Assembly: GCF_900289195.1 (NCBI RefSeq)
Contig: NZ_OMOH01000012.1
Coordinates: 39,260 to 71,259 of the forward strand
Direction: 5' to 3'
Length of the DNA stretch: 32,000 nt
Source of the DNA: Propionibacterium ruminifibrarum
GTDB taxonomy: Bacteria > Actinomycetota > Actinomycetes > Propionibacteriales > Propionibacteriaceae
The first letter of the stretch is position 1. Each line of letters starts with the position of its first letter. A model generated the notes under the pieces. It was not told where the DNA came from, did no database searches, and saw nothing but the letters and a program-made list of their open reading frames with translations. This document shows positions 30,169 through 32,000 of this stretch, piece after piece. A program made the translations under genes and the position numbers.

Positions 30169-31101
30169 CTAGGGTGAATTTCTTGATTCCATGGCTCGCG
30201 ATGGGTCGGCAAACTGCTCGTCTGTGAGCGGTGGTCGATTTATTCCATATTCAGGATCATCATGCACATCGAATCCTGACGTATTTCGAATGAAGCGGTA
30301 AACGGGGCTTACGAGAACACATGAGGGAAGAATAAAATGTTTGACAAAAGGGTTGGATTCTGATTCTAGGCGAACGTAATACCGCCCCTTTGGCCCTCGG
30401 AAATAGTAAGGGCTCTCGCCTATTGGTTGAAAAATGCGCTCTATCAATGAGCTGATTTGTTGTATGGCTGTGAGCGCAGTTTCTCGTGCTTCGCCTGAAT
30501 CAAGTTCGGACTGATAATGGATAGCCGTGTTGCGCATCTTCATCAAAGCTCTGTACCCTCTCACTGTTTCATCATCGAAGATGCCCCATTCTCGTAAAGC
30601 ATCGATACACTTGTCCCACTTATTGATAGACTCCTTGCTTTTGACATACTTAGTTGCAGGGCAGTTTTTATATTTGTCCTCGTCTCTTAATGTGAGAACC
30701 AATTGGTTTAGGATTCTTTCGCCAAGCCCGCAGGCTCCTAGGAGTGCCGGATAATAGCACTGTGCAACAAAGGCGTCTCGAATCTGTTCTAGATAGATAC
30801 TATGAAGTGCGATAATCGACCAAGGGGCGTTGCCAAGATCAATGAAATTTTGAACTTTATGTCGATAATTATTAGCTCCGAAGTCATGGATTAGAGACTC
30901 CCTGATCTTGGCCTGATTTTCTTCCCATTGAGCCCTTATGAGTGGGGCACAATCCTCCTCAAGTGGAACAGTTAGACAGTGTGATCGTGTATCGAATGTC
31001 ATATTGACAGGGAGGAAACGGCGCGATCCATCATTGGGTCCCCGCTTGCGTCCGGGTTCAATCTTGACGGCTTGAGCTTTGTCATTGGTGAGATCTGTCA
31101 T
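30169..31101 (-). CDS. HEPN-motif protein (310 aa), candidate abortive-infection/RNase-type defence effector
   Basis: ATG 31101 follows an AGGAA RBS. The Rx4H motif RNTAIH (nt 30534-30517) lies in an alpha-helical context (YRALMKMRNTAIHYQSELDSGEARETALTAIQQISSLIERI). Upstream, YYPALLGACGLGERILNQLVL resembles helix 1 of HEPN domains. The gene is AT-rich. Confidence 0.6.
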   Translation of the reverse strand: MTDLTNDKAQAVKIEPGRKRGPNDGSRRFLPVNMTFDTRSHCLTVPLEEDCAPLIRAQWEENQAKIRESLIHDFGANNYRHKVQNFIDLGNAPWSIIALHSIYLEQIRDAFVAQCYYPALLGACGLGERILNQLVLTLRDEDKYKNCPATKYVKSKESINKWDKCIDALREWGIFDDETVRGYRALMKMRNTAIHYQSELDSGEARETALTAIQQISSLIERIFQPIGESPYYFRGPKGRYYVRLESESNPFVKHFILPSCVLVSPVYRFIRNTSGFDVHDDPEYGINRPPLTDEQFADPSRAMESRNSP

Positions 31102-31269
31102 TTTGAGTTCCTAAGATATTGATGCTTATCCATAGGACAAGCTTGGATCATTGTCAGTTGCCTTGCGTGGGGCGTGTCGCAGGAGGCGAAAGAGCGGTCC
31201 GCGCTGAGACAATTAATGCGTGGCCAAAACAATCAAAGAACAGACTGCATGCCATATGCTATCACGCGG

Positions 31270-32000
31270 CTAGCTGTAGTTGCGCATGACGTTGGTGATG
31301 CCGGTGGGGAGTCGTGTGGCGGGGGGCTGGTCTCGGCAGGCGGTGTGGGGTCGGTGGTAGTTGTAGTGGATGTTCCAGATGGCGACGGCTTGGGCTCGTT
31401 CGGTTTCTGAGTGGTAGGGGCGGGCGTAGAGAAGCTCCTCGGCCAGGATCCGGTTATAGCGCTCAACCTTGCCGTTGTGTCGTGGCGTGTAGGGCCGGGT
31501 CCGCTGATGGGTGATGCCCTGGGTTTTGAGTCGGGCGGTGAACAGTTCGCTGGTGTAACACGGCCCGTTGTCAGTAATCACGCGAGTGATCTCGGTGATG
31601 CCGTGGGCGGCGAAGAAAGCTTGCGCGTTGCGCCAAAACTCCAACACGGTGGCGGCTTTCTCATCGGTATGGGGTTCGGTATAGGCCAGCCAGGAGAACC
31701 CGTCGATTGCCGAGTGCAGGTAGGCGTAGCCGACCTTCTGCCGCGGGCCAGCCTTGCCGCGGCCGCGAGACCGCCAGCCCCCACCATCGAGGATCCGTCC
31801 GACCTTCTTCACATCCAGGTGGACCATGTGGCCCTTGTAGCGGGCAGTGATCTTGCCCGGCTTGCGCAACAGCTCGCCGTCGACATCAAACCAGCGGCGA
31901 CGATTCAACCCCAGCCGACGAAGCCAACGACCGACAGTGGCCTGAGAGATCTCGACGCCTGTGTCGGTGAGCTCGATCCAGATCAACCGCGCCGACCACT
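31270..32000 (-). CDS. IS481-family transposase (rve integrase core), N-terminus outside window
   Basis: HLDVKKVGRI...GYAYLHSAIDGFSWLAY...VITDNGPCYTS...RPYTPRHNGKVERYNRILAEE...YNYHRPHTA is typical of IS481/IS3-superfamily DDE integrases. The frame stays open to the window edge. The IS end probably lies between about 31150 and 31270. Confidence 0.85.
   Translation of the reverse strand, partial: WSARLIWIELTDTGVEISQATVGRWLRRLGLNRRRWFDVDGELLRKPGKITARYKGHMVHLDVKKVGRILDGGGWRSRGRGKAGPRQKVGYAYLHSAIDGFSWLAYTEPHTDEKAATVLEFWRNAQAFFAAHGITEITRVITDNGPCYTSELFTARLKTQGITHQRTRPYTPRHNGKVERYNRILAEELLYARPYHSETERAQAVAIWNIHYNYHRPHTACRDQPPATRLPTGITNVMRNYS

Overview
High-GC (Actinomycetota-type) chromosomal segment in two parts. 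Positions 1-18950 are conserved housekeeping DNA. They hold the 3' end of pdxT and a complete sufR-sufBDCSU-sufT Fe-S cluster operon with 1-11 nt gene overlaps except one 109 bp gap between sufD and sufC. They also hold an ABC-F ATPase, an FMN reductase, an RlmA-like rRNA methyltransferase, an atypical SDR, fabG-fabI (mabA-inhA-like), an orphan ABC ATPase, a BASS-family transporter, a TrmH-family methyltransferase, a K+ channel and a lipoprotein. Gene order resembles, from memory, the M. tuberculosis Rv1460-Rv1486c neighbourhood. Positions ~18950-32000 are an accessory defence/mobile region. It starts with a four-gene, translationally coupled operon: an unusual HTH + degenerate methyltransferase-like + TRD-like protein, then hsdM, hsdS and hsdR (type I R-M). 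hsdS is almost entirely AT-rich foreign-looking DNA inside GC-rich flanks. Next comes an AT-rich cassette (27095 to ~31150) with an orphan 297-aa ORF, a coiled-coil ORF broken by an in-frame TAA, a small IS5-like element with a C-terminal frameshift, and a convergent HEPN-motif (RNTAIH) gene. A partial IS481-family transposase ends the window. No rRNA, tRNA or CRISPR array was recognisable by eye. The best candidates for something undescribed are the pseudo-methyltransferase leading the R-M operon (with a 12-2-12 palindrome in its promoter region) and the AT-rich orphan genes downstream of hsdR. All homology calls are by-eye motif recognition; no searches were run.
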